A DNA stretch of 53,077 bases from an uncultured Sphingomonas sp. (GTDB taxonomy: Bacteria > Pseudomonadota > Alphaproteobacteria > Sphingomonadales > Sphingomonadaceae), in the NCBI GenBank assembly GCA_902806295.1, contig CADCWB010000145.1:1-53077 (forward strand). Direction: 5' to 3'. Position 1 is the stretch's first letter. Each line of letters opens with the position of its first letter. Positions 22,725 to 32,631 of this stretch are shown here, in pieces. The notes beneath the pieces were generated by a model. It saw only the letters and a program-made list of their open reading frames with translations, was not told the origin of the DNA and searched no databases. The position numbers and the translations under genes are program-made.

Positions 22725-24476
22725 TCAAGCGACGGCGGCATCGTCCAGATGCATTTCCGCCTTGTCGCCGCCGTTCCAATCGTCGCGTTTGACCGAGCCA
22801 GCGAGCCATAGTCGGTGCTCCCCCGATGCGGCCAGGAGGGCTTGGCCGAGCGGCGTGTCGGCGGCGCGAAAGGCGATCCACTTGAAGCTTGCGCCGTCCT
22901 CTCCGCAGGCCAGCCCGCGAACATGGCCGTTGCCGACCACGCCCACCTTGAGCAGCCGGGCCGGACCGGAGGCGACGCGCGGACTGGGCCAGCCCGCGCC
23001 GTAGGGTCCGCCGGTGTCCAAGGCATCGCACAGGCCGGCGGACACGCCGCGCGGGGCGCAGATGGTGTCGATCAGCAGAGCACGCCCGGCGCGAGCTTGC
23101 TCGACGTCGCGAGCCAACCGGTCGTTCAGATACTCTCGAAGCGGCTCCACTCCGCCAGCCGCCACGGTGAGCCCAGCCGCCATGGCGTGACCGCCGCCGG
23201 CGAGCAACAGGCCGCTGTCCTTGGCCGCGAGCACCGCTGCGCCCAGATCGACGGCGCTGATCGAGCGCCCGGATCCCTTGCTGCTGCCATCCTCACCCAG
23301 CGCAACCACGATCGCCGGACGACCGAAGCGCTCCTTCAGCCGGCCGGCGACTATCCCGATCACGCCCGGATGCCAAAGCGGCGCGGAAGCGAGGATAACG
23401 GATGCGCCTGCCTGCTGCTCGGCCTGAGCCATCGCCTCATCCAGCACGACCTGCTCGATCGCCCGCCGCTCCTCGTTCAAGCGGTCGAGTTCGGCAGCAA
23501 GGGTGCGCGCCTCGTCCGGGCAAGCGGTGGTGAGCAGGCGGACGCCAAGGTCCGACCTACCGACCCGCCCGCCGGCATTGATCCGCGGGCCGAGCGCGAA
23601 GCCGAGATCGCGGCAGCTCGGCGCCTTGGTCAGGCGGGCGGCACCCGCCAATGCGGCCAGACCGATGTTCTGTGACCCGGCCATGACCTTGAGGCCTTGG
23701 GCGACAAAGGCGCGGTTGAGGCTGTGCAGCTTGGCGACATCGGCCACCGTGCCGAGCGCGACCAGATCGAGCAGGTCGAGCAGCCTTGGCTCCGGCGTGA
23801 CGGCGAAGCGGCCGCGGCGGCGCAGTTCGCGGATCAGCGCGACGCCGAGCAGGAAGGCCATGCCGACCGCCGCGACATGGCCGTGAGCCGCGCCGAGCTG
23901 ATCCTCGTCCAGCCGATTGGGGTTCACCAGTGCGTGACAGAGCGGCAGGGCCGATGCGCACTGGTGATGGTCGATGACCAACACGTCGAGCCCTGCCTGG
24001 TGAGCCGCTTCGAGAGCTTCGAAGGCTTGCGCGCCGCAATCTACGGTGACCACGAGCTGCGCCCCGCGCGCCTTGAGCGCCAGCAACGCGGCGGCATTGG
24101 GGCCGTAGCCCTCCGTCATGCGGTCGGGAATATAGGCGACTGGATCGACGCCGAGCCGCCGCAGCAGCAGCACGAGCAGGGCGGAACTGGTCGCCCCGTC
24201 GACGTCATAATCTCCAAAGATGGCGATCTGCTCTCCCCGCTCGACCGCATCCGCCAGCCGCGCGGCGGCCTTGTCCATGTCGCGGAAGGCGGATGGATCG
24301 GGCAGGAAATCGCGAATCGTCGGCTGACGATGACGGGCAAGGTCCGTCCGCTCGACGCCGCGTGCGAGCAGCAGCTCATCGACCAGCGCGTCGCCGGTCA
24401 CCTCACCATCTTGCGGCCGGCGCCAGCGCCACGGCTGACCGCCGAGCGACGCCTCCACCCCCAATGCGAAACTCAT
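22725..24476 (-). CDS. recJ: Single-stranded-DNA exonuclease RecJ
   Basis: GDYDVDG, TVDCG, DHH, GTVAD, PRINAGGR, GSGRS, GGHAMAAG. Confidence 0.95.
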   Translation of the reverse strand: MSFALGVEASLGGQPWRWRRPQDGEVTGDALVDELLLARGVERTDLARHRQPTIRDFLPDPSAFRDMDKAAARLADAVERGEQIAIFGDYDVDGATSSALLVLLLRRLGVDPVAYIPDRMTEGYGPNAAALLALKARGAQLVVTVDCGAQAFEALEAAHQAGLDVLVIDHHQCASALPLCHALVNPNRLDEDQLGAAHGHVAAVGMAFLLGVALIRELRRRGRFAVTPEPRLLDLLDLVALGTVADVAKLHSLNRAFVAQGLKVMAGSQNIGLAALAGAARLTKAPSCRDLGFALGPRINAGGRVGRSDLGVRLLTTACPDEARTLAAELDRLNEERRAIEQVVLDEAMAQAEQQAGASVILASAPLWHPGVIGIVAGRLKERFGRPAIVVALGEDGSSKGSGRSISAVDLGAAVLAAKDSGLLLAGGGHAMAAGLTVAAGGVEPLREYLNDRLARDVEQARAGRALLIDTICAPRGVSAGLCDALDTGGPYGAGWPSPRVASGPARLLKVGVVGNGHVRGLACGEDGASFKWIAFRAADTPLGQALLAASGEHRLWLAGSVKRDDWNGGDKAEMHLDDAAVA

Positions 24477-26026
24477 AGATAGCGGGATAGCAGAGCGTCG
24501 CGGACTTGACTCGCCCTTTCTCGCGGGACCGCGGGGATGCTGTGCTGTGCAAATCCTCGTCCGCCAGCGACGCCGATGGTCAGGCGGGCGATGCCGAACC
24601 GCCGGCTGATGAAGCTCTCGGATAGCTCGACGCTCTGCACGCTGCGCAACGGCAGGAGGATGGTGCGGCGTCGCCACCATCCCGAGCGGACATTCAGGGC
24701 CTCGGCGTAAACGGTGAACGCCGTCCGTCGCCACGACAGCCAGCGCGCCACGACCGCCCAGGACAGGGCGGCGAGCAGTAGGGTCAAGGGAATGATTGTG
24801 GGTGCGAAGGCCAGGGCGGCATGGTCCCGAACGGCAGGGTCGAGCCGATCAGGCAAGATCGCCAGCAAGCCAAACAAGGCGCTCACCAGCAGGATCAGCG
24901 GAGCAAGGCCGAGCGCCAGCGACCAGACGTGGGCAGGCGACACGCGCTCCCACCCGGCCGAGGCCGGCGCGGGGGTCCAGCCCAGCTCGCTTAGTATCGC
25001 TTGGCTCTCGTCCTCGGTGGCAAGCGGGGCAACGACATGGTCGCCCTTACCGCCTTCGTCCTGTGCCAAGCTCTGCAGCTTCAGATCCAGCCAGCCGAAC
25101 GCCGCCCGCACCGGTCCGGTCATCAGCAAAGCGGCCTGGGCGCGGCGCAGCGGCAAGCTGACGTCGGTGCGGGTGAGTAGCCCGCGGCGACGCCGAAGCG
25201 CACTGCCGCTGCGATCGAGGCGGAAGCCGTACTCGCGTAGCAACGTCCGAATAAGGCCGGTCGCGAAACCGGCGAGCGCGAGCAGCAGCACACCGGCGAT
25301 GACCGCAGCGAGACGATGCTCGGCGGCGTAGTCGAGCAGCGGATTGCCGGTCAGTTGTCGTTCCCAGAACTCGCGCTCGAATGGGTCGAAGCCGATCAGG
25401 TCGCCCATCGTCTGGGTGGCGCCGAACAGGCCGGCGAAGATGGCGAGGCTGAAGTTGAATACGCCGGCGGTGAGGACCCGGCCCAGGTTCATGGCGAAGA
25501 CCGGCGGACGTTCTTCAAGTGCCAGGCTCCGCTCCGAAGACGCTGGTGCCGCCTCGCGCCGAGCCCGCACATGATCGCGCAACGCCTGAGCGCGGTGGAG
25601 CGCGATGGCCGGCAGCACGCCTTCCTCCTGCCCTCCGGCCGAAGCGCCGCCGGTCTCGAACTTAACCTTGGCGAGGCCGAGCAGGCGAGCGAGGGGTCCT
25701 TGTTCGAGGTCGACATCCTGCACCCGGTCGAACGGGATCGACCGGTGCGTCCGGCTGATGATCCCGCTGTCAATGCGGATTTCATGCGCCCCGACACGAT
25801 ATTCGAACCGCCGCCAGTAGATGAAAAGGCTGACCAACAGACCGACCAGGAGCAGCCCCCCGAGCAGCAGCGCAGTCTCGAGCCGGCCAGTGGCGGCAAG
25901 GTAGCCGATGCCGGCATAGCCGCCCGCCACCCCGCGCAAGCTGCCGCCGAGCCCGGTCAAGAGGATCAGCGGGTGGAGCCGCTCCGGCGGGGCGAGGTCA
26001 GCGCTGTCGAGGGCGGCTTCGCTCAT
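24473..26026 (-). CDS. YdbT-like membrane protein with bacterial PH domains
   Basis: ERLHP, FEYRV..GIISR..IPFDRVQDV, multiple TM segments, repeated bPH_2 pattern. Confidence 0.85.
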   Translation of the reverse strand: MSEAALDSADLAPPERLHPLILLTGLGGSLRGVAGGYAGIGYLAATGRLETALLLGGLLLVGLLVSLFIYWRRFEYRVGAHEIRIDSGIISRTHRSIPFDRVQDVDLEQGPLARLLGLAKVKFETGGASAGGQEEGVLPAIALHRAQALRDHVRARREAAPASSERSLALEERPPVFAMNLGRVLTAGVFNFSLAIFAGLFGATQTMGDLIGFDPFEREFWERQLTGNPLLDYAAEHRLAAVIAGVLLLALAGFATGLIRTLLREYGFRLDRSGSALRRRRGLLTRTDVSLPLRRAQAALLMTGPVRAAFGWLDLKLQSLAQDEGGKGDHVVAPLATEDESQAILSELGWTPAPASAGWERVSPAHVWSLALGLAPLILLVSALFGLLAILPDRLDPAVRDHAALAFAPTIIPLTLLLAALSWAVVARWLSWRRTAFTVYAEALNVRSGWWRRRTILLPLRSVQSVELSESFISRRFGIARLTIGVAGGRGFAQHSIPAVPRERASQVRDALLSRYL

Positions 26027-26529
26027 TCCAGGTCCGAGCGGATGTGCCCGCGGATCAGCTCCCGGATCTCGCCCGCTCGTTCCGGGGCGAGGCCGGGCAG
26101 AGTGACGATGCTGTTGTGCGTTCCGGCGGTGTGCACCACCAGGTTCGCCGTGCCGAACAGTTTGTCGAACGGGCCGCGGGTCACATCGATATGCTGGACG
26201 CGGACGAACGGTACGATCGTGTCGGTGTGGAACAGCCAGCCGCGCACCACCTGCAGCAAGGTCGGGTGCAGGCGGTAGCCGAGCCGCCGCCAGATGCGCG
26301 GCGGGGCGGTCACGATGACGAGCAAGGCGATCAGCGGCACGCCGACGCTGAGTGCTCCCTGCCAATCGCTGCCGTCCAGTAGCGCGCCGTCCAGCACCAG
26401 TCCACCGATGGCCAGCGGCAGCCAGCTCATCGCGGTGCGGGCGCGGATTACGTTGACGTAGCCGCGCTCGACGGAGAGCAGCGCCTGCTCATCGGCGAGA
26501 TCGAGCGGCGCCGGCTCATGTGCTGTCAT
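26023..26529 (-). CDS. YdbS-like membrane protein with bacterial PH domain
   Basis: Two TM segments, then RGWLF...VPFVRVQHIDV.RGP...FG.A.L..HTAG. Confidence 0.87.
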   Translation of the reverse strand: MTAHEPAPLDLADEQALLSVERGYVNVIRARTAMSWLPLAIGGLVLDGALLDGSDWQGALSVGVPLIALLVIVTAPPRIWRRLGYRLHPTLLQVVRGWLFHTDTIVPFVRVQHIDVTRGPFDKLFGTANLVVHTAGTHNSIVTLPGLAPERAGEIRELIRGHIRSDLE

Positions 26530-26535
26530 ATGGAC

Positions 26536-26563
26536 ATACTACAGCAGCGGTGCCGCCATTCAA
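26536..26563 (-). promoter_or_regulatory. Sigma70-like promoter TTGAAT-N16-TAGTAT, 6 nt from ATG (leaderless-type)
   Basis: Read from the minus strand; no SD before ATG 26529. Confidence 0.6.
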
Positions 26564-26570
26564 GCGAGCG

Positions 26571-27539
26571 TTAGCCGCCGCGGTGCTCACCATAGATGCG
26601 GCGCACGGTACCGGAGCTGGCGCGCATCACGATGCTCTCGGTGGTATGGTAATCCTGGTGGCGCTTGACGCCCTGGAGCAGCGAGCCGTCGGTCACTCCG
26701 GTCGCCGCGAAGATGCAGTCGCCCTTGGCCATCTCTTCCAGCGTGTAGATGCGGTCGAGATCCTCGATGCCCCAGCGAGCGGCGCGGGCGCGCTCATCGT
26801 CGTTGCGGAACACGAGCCGGCCCTGGATCTGCCCGCCGACGCAGCGTAGCGCCGCAGCCGCCAGCACGCCTTCCGGAGCGCCGCCCTGGCCCATGTAGAC
26901 GTCGACGGTGGTGTCCGGATCGGTGACAGCGATCACTCCCGCGACGTCCCCGTCTGGAATCAGCACAATGCCGCAACCCAGGGCGCGGAGCTCGGCGATG
27001 ATGGGAGCATGACGGGGGCGATCGAGCACGCAGGCGATGATCTCGTGGGGCTCGACGCCCTTCGCCGCCGCGATCGAGCGGATGTTGTCGGTCGGGGTCT
27101 TGGCAAGGTCGATCACGCCGTCCGGATAGCCGGGGCCGACCGCCAGCTTGTCCATGTAGACGTCCGGCGCGTTGAGCAGGCAACCCTGCTCGGCGATGGC
27201 CAGCACGGCAAGCGCGTTCGGCCCTGCCTTGGCAGTGATGGTGGTGCCTTCCAGAGGATCGAGGGCAATGTCGATCGCCGGCCCGCTCCCCTGGGCCGAG
27301 CCGACCTTTTCGCCGATGAACAGCATCGGCGCCTCGTCGCGCTCGCCCTCACCGATCACCACCGTGCCGTCCATCGGCAGCTCGTTCAAAGCGGCGCGCA
27401 TCGCTTCCACCGCCGCATGATCCGCGGCCTTCTCATCGCCGCGCCCGACCAGGGTTGAGGCGGCGATCGCAGCGGCCTCCGTTACGCGGACCATTTCGAG
27501 GACGAGAACGCGGTCAAGGACGCTGCTGGGGCGGATCAA
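26571..27539 (-). CDS. glpX: Class II fructose-1,6-bisphosphatase
   Basis: RVTEAAA, VIGEGERDEAPML, DPLEGT, DGDV, GGAPEGV, ATGVTDG. Confidence 0.95.
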   Translation of the reverse strand: MIRPSSVLDRVLVLEMVRVTEAAAIAASTLVGRGDEKAADHAAVEAMRAALNELPMDGTVVIGEGERDEAPMLFIGEKVGSAQGSGPAIDIALDPLEGTTITAKAGPNALAVLAIAEQGCLLNAPDVYMDKLAVGPGYPDGVIDLAKTPTDNIRSIAAAKGVEPHEIIACVLDRPRHAPIIAELRALGCGIVLIPDGDVAGVIAVTDPDTTVDVYMGQGGAPEGVLAAAALRCVGGQIQGRLVFRNDDERARAARWGIEDLDRIYTLEEMAKGDCIFAATGVTDGSLLQGVKRHQDYHTTESIVMRASSGTVRRIYGEHRGG

Positions 27540-27628
27540 CGGAAAACTCCTGTTATGTCGTGCAAAGTCGGCAAGCGCTTACGCGCAAGCGTTGGTTCCT
27601 GTCGAGCGAGCCGCGCGTTCACCCGCTC

Positions 27629-28072
27629 ATGAGATATCGATTCACGATCATATTAGCTGCGGTCACCGTTGGTTGCGGCGCTTCGGACAAGATCGCCACC
27701 AACGCGGTCGCGCCTGATCTCAACACCATGGCCGAGGCTCCCGGCGATTGGTCGGGACTGACGCAAGCGGTAGGCCGAACGCCCGCCGAGAGCGGGCTGC
27801 TGCAGCGCAGCGACATCAGCGTCGATCTGAACTCGCTGTTGGGGCGGGAGGTCGAAGCCTTTCGGCTGGCGCTTGGAGACGCCACCCCGCTGACCCGCGA
27901 AGGGAGCCTGCTGGTCACGCTTGGACGCAGCGGCGATGCCTATCTGGTGATCGAGCCCGCGGACCATGCGCTGGTCGCAGGCTTGAAGCGGGACGGACGG
28001 TGGCAGCGCTTCGCGACGCCTGGCGCGAACGTGCCGGTGCCGCCCACGGTGCAGCGGCTGCTCGCCAGCTAG
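27629..28072 (+). CDS. Hypothetical putative lipoprotein
   Basis: MRYRFTIILAAVTVGC signal/lipobox-like N-terminus; fills the gap between divergent and convergent neighbours. Confidence 0.6.
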   Translation: MRYRFTIILAAVTVGCGASDKIATNAVAPDLNTMAEAPGDWSGLTQAVGRTPAESGLLQRSDISVDLNSLLGREVEAFRLALGDATPLTREGSLLVTLGRSGDAYLVIEPADHALVAGLKRDGRWQRFATPGANVPVPPTVQRLLAS

Positions 28073-28548
28073 TCGCCGGTCGGCTCGTCTACTTCATGCT
28101 GCAGGATGGCCGGACGGATGCGAACGGAGCGGGCGCCCATCCGCGTCTCGATCAGGAAGATGGCGAAGCCGACCGCCAGGCTGACCATCGAGCCGATGAA
28201 CAGGAGGGCGATGGCCGTGCCGACATGCGCCCCCGTAAGTCCGGCGCCGAACAGGAGTACCACGACGAGGCAGGTCAGCACCGCCGACAGCACCGACAGG
28301 AAGATGGCACGGCTGACCAGGGCCATGCGGCGGTCCAGGATGCGGATCTCCGCGATCAGCATATCATGCTCGTCGCCCCGACTGGCGAGCACTCGCGGCT
28401 CCAGCCCCCGCGCCCGGTCGACGATCCGGGCGAGCCGCGCGGCGCAGACGTTGAGAAACGCGCCGACCCCCGCCAGCAGGAACACCGGCGCGACCGCCAG
28501 CTGGATCGTCTGCGCGACCTGGAGCGGGGAATCAGTGGCCGGAAGCAT
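28069..28548 (-). CDS. DUF2721 family membrane protein
   Basis: IQLAVAPVFLL.G.G..LN....RLARIVDRAR. Confidence 0.85.
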   Translation of the reverse strand: MLPATDSPLQVAQTIQLAVAPVFLLAGVGAFLNVCAARLARIVDRARGLEPRVLASRGDEHDMLIAEIRILDRRMALVSRAIFLSVLSAVLTCLVVVLLFGAGLTGAHVGTAIALLFIGSMVSLAVGFAIFLIETRMGARSVRIRPAILQHEVDEPTGD

Positions 28549-28658
28549 GGCCGCCGTCCTTGCCCAGCAAGCCCGCGGGCGCAAGCTGGCGGCCCCCGCG
28601 TTATCCTTTTCTTAGGAGCTTGGCCGCAGGCTGCGCGGAGCTAGCTTGAAGGTGCCAA

Positions 28659-29303
28659 TTGCAGGTGACCGACGCCGCCACTGCCACGACCTTTGTCCTG
28701 TCGGCCAAGCTGCCGTGGCTGGACGAAAGCGTCTCGCTGCCCAGCCGCGACGATCAGTTCGATCCCGCGCAACTGCGGGTCGGAAGCGCGGCTGTCGATA
28801 CGGAAATCCGCGAGATCTCGCCACTGGGCGCCACCTTGCGCGGGGCCGTCGACGTCTGCCTCGGCGCGGGGCTGGCGATGGAACTCGGCAATGGCCAGCG
28901 GGTGGACGGAGTCGTCGCCTGGCGCGGCGAGCAGGACGTTGGGGTGCGCTTTACCCGGCCGATCGACGTAATGGCGCTGATCACCCGCCAGCTGGTCAGC
29001 CAACCGGTTGAGCGCCGGACCATGCCGCGGGTCGAGGTCCGCGCCAGTGCCTGGCTGCGCGACCGAGAGCGGTTCGTGCCTGTGGTCATTCGCAACATCT
29101 CGGCCGGCGGACTGCAGGCGGAAGGCGCCGAACTGCCGGGGGTCGGCGAGACGATCAACGTGTTCGCCGAGGGTCTCGGCATCCCGCCCGGCGAAGTGAT
29201 CTGGAAACGCGGCCAGCTCGCGGGAGTCCGCTTCGCCCGCGAGCTCAGCTGGCAAGTGCTGCTACCGTGGATCAAGGAATTGCACCGGCCCAAACGGGGC
29301 TGA
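28659..29303 (+). CDS. Tandem PilZ-domain protein
   Basis: Two beta-rich repeats ending in GVRF; second has ERRTMPR and NISAGG; start uncertain (TTG). Confidence 0.8.
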   Translation: MQVTDAATATTFVLSAKLPWLDESVSLPSRDDQFDPAQLRVGSAAVDTEIREISPLGATLRGAVDVCLGAGLAMELGNGQRVDGVVAWRGEQDVGVRFTRPIDVMALITRQLVSQPVERRTMPRVEVRASAWLRDRERFVPVVIRNISAGGLQAEGAELPGVGETINVFAEGLGIPPGEVIWKRGQLAGVRFARELSWQVLLPWIKELHRPKRG

Positions 29304-29326
29304 TCAACCGGGAGCGATGTCGCGCG

Positions 29327-29953
29327 CTAGTCGGTATAGGCCGGCAGCGACCAACCGCGGCTGATCGCCAGCCCCCGCAAGCCGAATCCCGCAAGCGCGC
29401 CGATCAGCGCGGCGAGCGGGACTGCCACTCCGAGCAGGGCCAGGCCGACGAACAGCCCGGCGGCGAGGGCCGCGGCGGTGACGTAAAGCTCGGGGCGCAT
29501 CAGGATCGACGGCTCGCCCGCCAGCACGTCGCGGATGATGCCGCCGGCGCAGGCGGTGAGCACGCCCATGGCGAAGGTCGGCACCGGCGCCACCCCGAAT
29601 GCGGCAGCCTTCGCCGCGCCATAGGTGGAGTAGGCGCCAAGGCCCAGTGCATCGAACCACAGCAGGGCCTGCCCCGCGACATGACGGTTGGCCGCCCATA
29701 CCAGCAGTGCGGCGCCGATACAGATCAGCAGCACCATGTTGCTATGTACCCAGAACACCGGCGCGCCGATCAGCAGGTCGCGGATGGTGCCGCCGCCGAC
29801 GCCGGTGATCACCGCGAAGAAGATGAAAGTGACCAGCGTCTGCCGCTTCTCGGCCGCCAGCAGGGCACCCGAAATGGCAAACACGGCGATGCCGAACAGG
29901 TCGAGCAAGACCAACGTTTGCGGGATGCTGGGAGTAGGAAGGTCGGGGGTCAC
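29327..29953 (-). CDS. Trimeric intracellular cation channel (UPF0126/YadS) family membrane protein
   Basis: FAISGAL, GGGTIRDLL, DALGLG, GGIIRDVL, ELYVTAA. Confidence 0.9.
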   Translation of the reverse strand: MTPDLPTPSIPQTLVLLDLFGIAVFAISGALLAAEKRQTLVTFIFFAVITGVGGGTIRDLLIGAPVFWVHSNMVLLICIGAALLVWAANRHVAGQALLWFDALGLGAYSTYGAAKAAAFGVAPVPTFAMGVLTACAGGIIRDVLAGEPSILMRPELYVTAAALAAGLFVGLALLGVAVPLAALIGALAGFGLRGLAISRGWSLPAYTD

Positions 29954-29955
29954 CG

Positions 29956-30053
29956 GCCGTCATTGCGAGGAGCGAAGCGACGAAGCAATCCAGTTCTCTG
30001 GCAGGATGCAGTAAGCAGGCACTGGACCGCTTCGCTCCGCTCCCAATGACGGC
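29956..30053. repeat. REP-like intergenic palindrome (cgtcattgcgag...gaagcaatccag / ctgga..gcttcg...caatgacg type)
   Basis: Terminal 10-bp IR gccgtcattg/caatgacggc; inner cgaagc..tccagt/actgga..gcttcg pairing. Confidence 0.8.
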
Positions 30054-30065
30054 TATGGTGCTGTC

Positions 30066-31784
30066 ATGACCCACACCACTGCCACTCCGCCCATTCCGAC
30101 GCTTGAAGACTGGCAGCACTGGACGCTGGTGATGGGCCGCGCGCAGCAGATGCTGATGGAAACCTGGGCGGAGGGGCTGAAGTCGGGTGCCGCCGCCCCA
30201 AAGACCACGGCCGATCCGATGGGCTGGCTGACGGCTGGTGCGGCGGCATGGAGCAAGGGACTGGAGGCCTGGGGCCAGGCGCTGGCCGAGACGCAGCGCG
30301 CGACCGAGGTGAAGGACCGGCGCTTCGCTGCGCCCGAGTGGCGCGAGAACCCGGTGTTCGACACCATCCGGCAAAGCTACCTCGCCATATCCGACCAGCT
30401 GCTCAAGGGCGTGGACACCGTCGAGGGGCTCGACGAGCAGGCACGCCACCGCCTGCGCTTCGCGACCAAGGCGTTCGTGGATGCGATGAGCCCTTCCAAC
30501 TTCGCGCTGACCAATCCGCAAGTGCTCAAGAAGACAGTCGAGACCCGAGGCGAGAACCTGCTGCAGGGCCTCAGGCATATGCTGGACGACATCAAGGCCG
30601 GGCAGATGACCCAGACGGCCAAGGGTGCGTTCGAGGTCGGGCGCAACCTTGCGACCACGCCCGGCAAGGTCGTTAAGCAGACGCCGCTTTACGAGCTGAT
30701 CCAGTACACTCCGGTGACCGGCACGGTGCTGCAGACGCCGCTGATCATCTTCCCGCCGTGGATCAACCGCTTCTACATCCTCGACCTGACTCCGGAGAAG
30801 AGCTTTGTCCGCTGGTGCGTCGAGAACGGCATCAGCCTGTTCATGGTTAGCTGGAAGTCGGCGGACGACAGCTGCAAGGACGTCGGGCTCGACGATTATG
30901 TGGTGCGCGGGCAGATCGATGCGATCGATACCGTGCGCGAGCTCTTGGAGGTCGAGAGTGCGCATGTAATCGGCTACTGCGTCGCAGGAACCACGCTGGC
31001 GGCAACGCTGGCGTACCTGCAGGCCAAGGAGCAGGCGGAGAAGGTCAAGTCGGCCACCTTCTTCACCGCGCAGGTCGATTTCGAACATGCCGGCGACCTG
31101 AAGCTGTTCCTGGGTGACGACACCATGGGGCTGCTGGAGCAGCTGACGGCCGAGAGCGGTTATCTCGACGGGCGCTACATGGCCGCGACGTTCAACCTGC
31201 TGCGCGGCCGCGACCTGATCTGGAACTATGTCACCAACAATTATCTGTTGGGAGAGCAGCCCGCGCCGTTCGACCTGCTGCACTGGAATAGCGACGTCAC
31301 CAACCTGCCATCAGCCTGGCACCGCAACTATCTGGAGACGCTCTACAAGGGCAACAAGCTGGCGCAGTGCGGTGGGATCAGCGTCGACGGAGTGCCGATC
31401 GATCTCAAGGCGGTGGGAACGCCTTGCTACGTCCAGGCCGGGCGGGAGGATCATATCGCGCCGCCCGAAAGCGTGTGGAAGATCATGGACCATTTCGCCG
31501 GGCCGAAGCGGTTCGTGCTGGCCGGCTCCGGCCATATCGCCGGGGTGGTGAACCCGCCGAGCGCGGGCAAGTACCAACATTGGGTCAACGACAGTGACGC
31601 CGGAACGCTGGAAGAGTTCGTCGCGGGTGCGACCGAGCACAAGGGCAGCTGGTGGCCCGATTGGCTCGGGTGGCTGAAGGCGCAAGACCCGGTTGAGGTG
31701 CCGGCCAAGGGAGCCCGAGTCCCTGGCGGGGGCAAGCTCAAGGCACTGGAAGATGCGCCCGGAAGTTATGTGAAGGCCAGATAG
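30066..31784 (+). CDS. phaC: Class I polyhydroxyalkanoate synthase
   Basis: DRRF..PEW, SPSNF.LTNP, PPWINRFYILDL, lipase box GYCVAG, REDHIAP, SGHIAG, GSWW. Confidence 0.95.
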   Translation: MTHTTATPPIPTLEDWQHWTLVMGRAQQMLMETWAEGLKSGAAAPKTTADPMGWLTAGAAAWSKGLEAWGQALAETQRATEVKDRRFAAPEWRENPVFDTIRQSYLAISDQLLKGVDTVEGLDEQARHRLRFATKAFVDAMSPSNFALTNPQVLKKTVETRGENLLQGLRHMLDDIKAGQMTQTAKGAFEVGRNLATTPGKVVKQTPLYELIQYTPVTGTVLQTPLIIFPPWINRFYILDLTPEKSFVRWCVENGISLFMVSWKSADDSCKDVGLDDYVVRGQIDAIDTVRELLEVESAHVIGYCVAGTTLAATLAYLQAKEQAEKVKSATFFTAQVDFEHAGDLKLFLGDDTMGLLEQLTAESGYLDGRYMAATFNLLRGRDLIWNYVTNNYLLGEQPAPFDLLHWNSDVTNLPSAWHRNYLETLYKGNKLAQCGGISVDGVPIDLKAVGTPCYVQAGREDHIAPPESVWKIMDHFAGPKRFVLAGSGHIAGVVNPPSAGKYQHWVNDSDAGTLEEFVAGATEHKGSWWPDWLGWLKAQDPVEVPAKGARVPGGGKLKALEDAPGSYVKAR

Positions 31785-31788
31785 GTCT

Positions 31789-32394
31789 TCAGCTGCGCTG
31801 GTATTTCCAGTTGAGTGCCTTGCCGTCGCAAAGCTGGACGATTGCAGTGGCGATCCGCTTGGCACGGGTTTCATCGCGCTTGGCCGAATATATCCACTCA
31901 AGATACTCGCGCCGGCAGCTTGGGCTCGCGCTGTCGAGGTAGGTCGCGGCAGCCGGAGCGAGGGCGAGCGCTGCCGCGAAATCGGGAGGCATGACCGGTT
32001 CGGCTTTCGGCACCTGCTTGAGCTTGCGCGGTGCCGACGCGGAGCGCGCCAGCTCCGCGGCTTCGCGGATCAGGCGATCGAGTTCCTCGGCCGGCGGCAG
32101 GTCATTGAGCGAGCGGAGCTTGCCGAACTGACCCATACCGTCGACGCTTGCCTCGTCGGCCCGGAGCTCCTGTCCTCGCCAGAAGTTCAGCGCCGCGTGC
32201 GCCTTGAACGCGGCCATGATCAGCAGGATCTTGCCATCCAGCGTGAACGCCGGCGCTCCCCATTTCAATGTTTCCTCGACGCCGGGAACCACCGCATGAA
32301 CTCGCTCTCGCACATGGGCAAGGATCGGCCGCGCGAACTCCGCCTTGCGGTTCAGGTAAGCGTCGATGCGCGGATCGCTGGCCACGGGTGTCAC
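31789..32394 (-). CDS. YdeI/OmpD-associated family protein
   Basis: DPRIDAY, EETLKWGAP, AFKAH, REYLEWI.SAKR.ETR.KRI. Confidence 0.88.
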   Translation of the reverse strand: MTPVASDPRIDAYLNRKAEFARPILAHVRERVHAVVPGVEETLKWGAPAFTLDGKILLIMAAFKAHAALNFWRGQELRADEASVDGMGQFGKLRSLNDLPPAEELDRLIREAAELARSASAPRKLKQVPKAEPVMPPDFAAALALAPAAATYLDSASPSCRREYLEWIYSAKRDETRAKRIATAIVQLCDGKALNWKYQRS

Positions 32395-32397
32395 TCC

Positions 32398-32622
32398 TCA
32401 AAGGATTCCACCGCCGATGCTCAGCCGGAGGATGCCGAGCAGGATTACGAACAGGTTCAGGTTGCGGCCGGCGTGGCTGCCGCCGCCCATCTGACCGACG
32501 CCCGCCCCGATCACGGCGAGTGGGATGATCAGCCAGTTGGCCCAGCCGAGCAGCGGCAGGAACGCAACGGCGGCGAGCACCAGCGAAATCGCGCCGATCA
32601 CCAGGGAAACGAGGTTCAGCAT
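32398..32622 (-). CDS. Small hydrophobic membrane protein
   Basis: 74 aa, three hydrophobic segments, GGAG RBS, lies between rarD and the YdeI-like gene. Confidence 0.75.
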   Translation of the reverse strand: MLNLVSLVIGAISLVLAAVAFLPLLGWANWLIIPLAVIGAGVGQMGGGSHAGRNLNLFVILLGILRLSIGGGIL

Positions 32623-32631
32623 GGAACTCTC

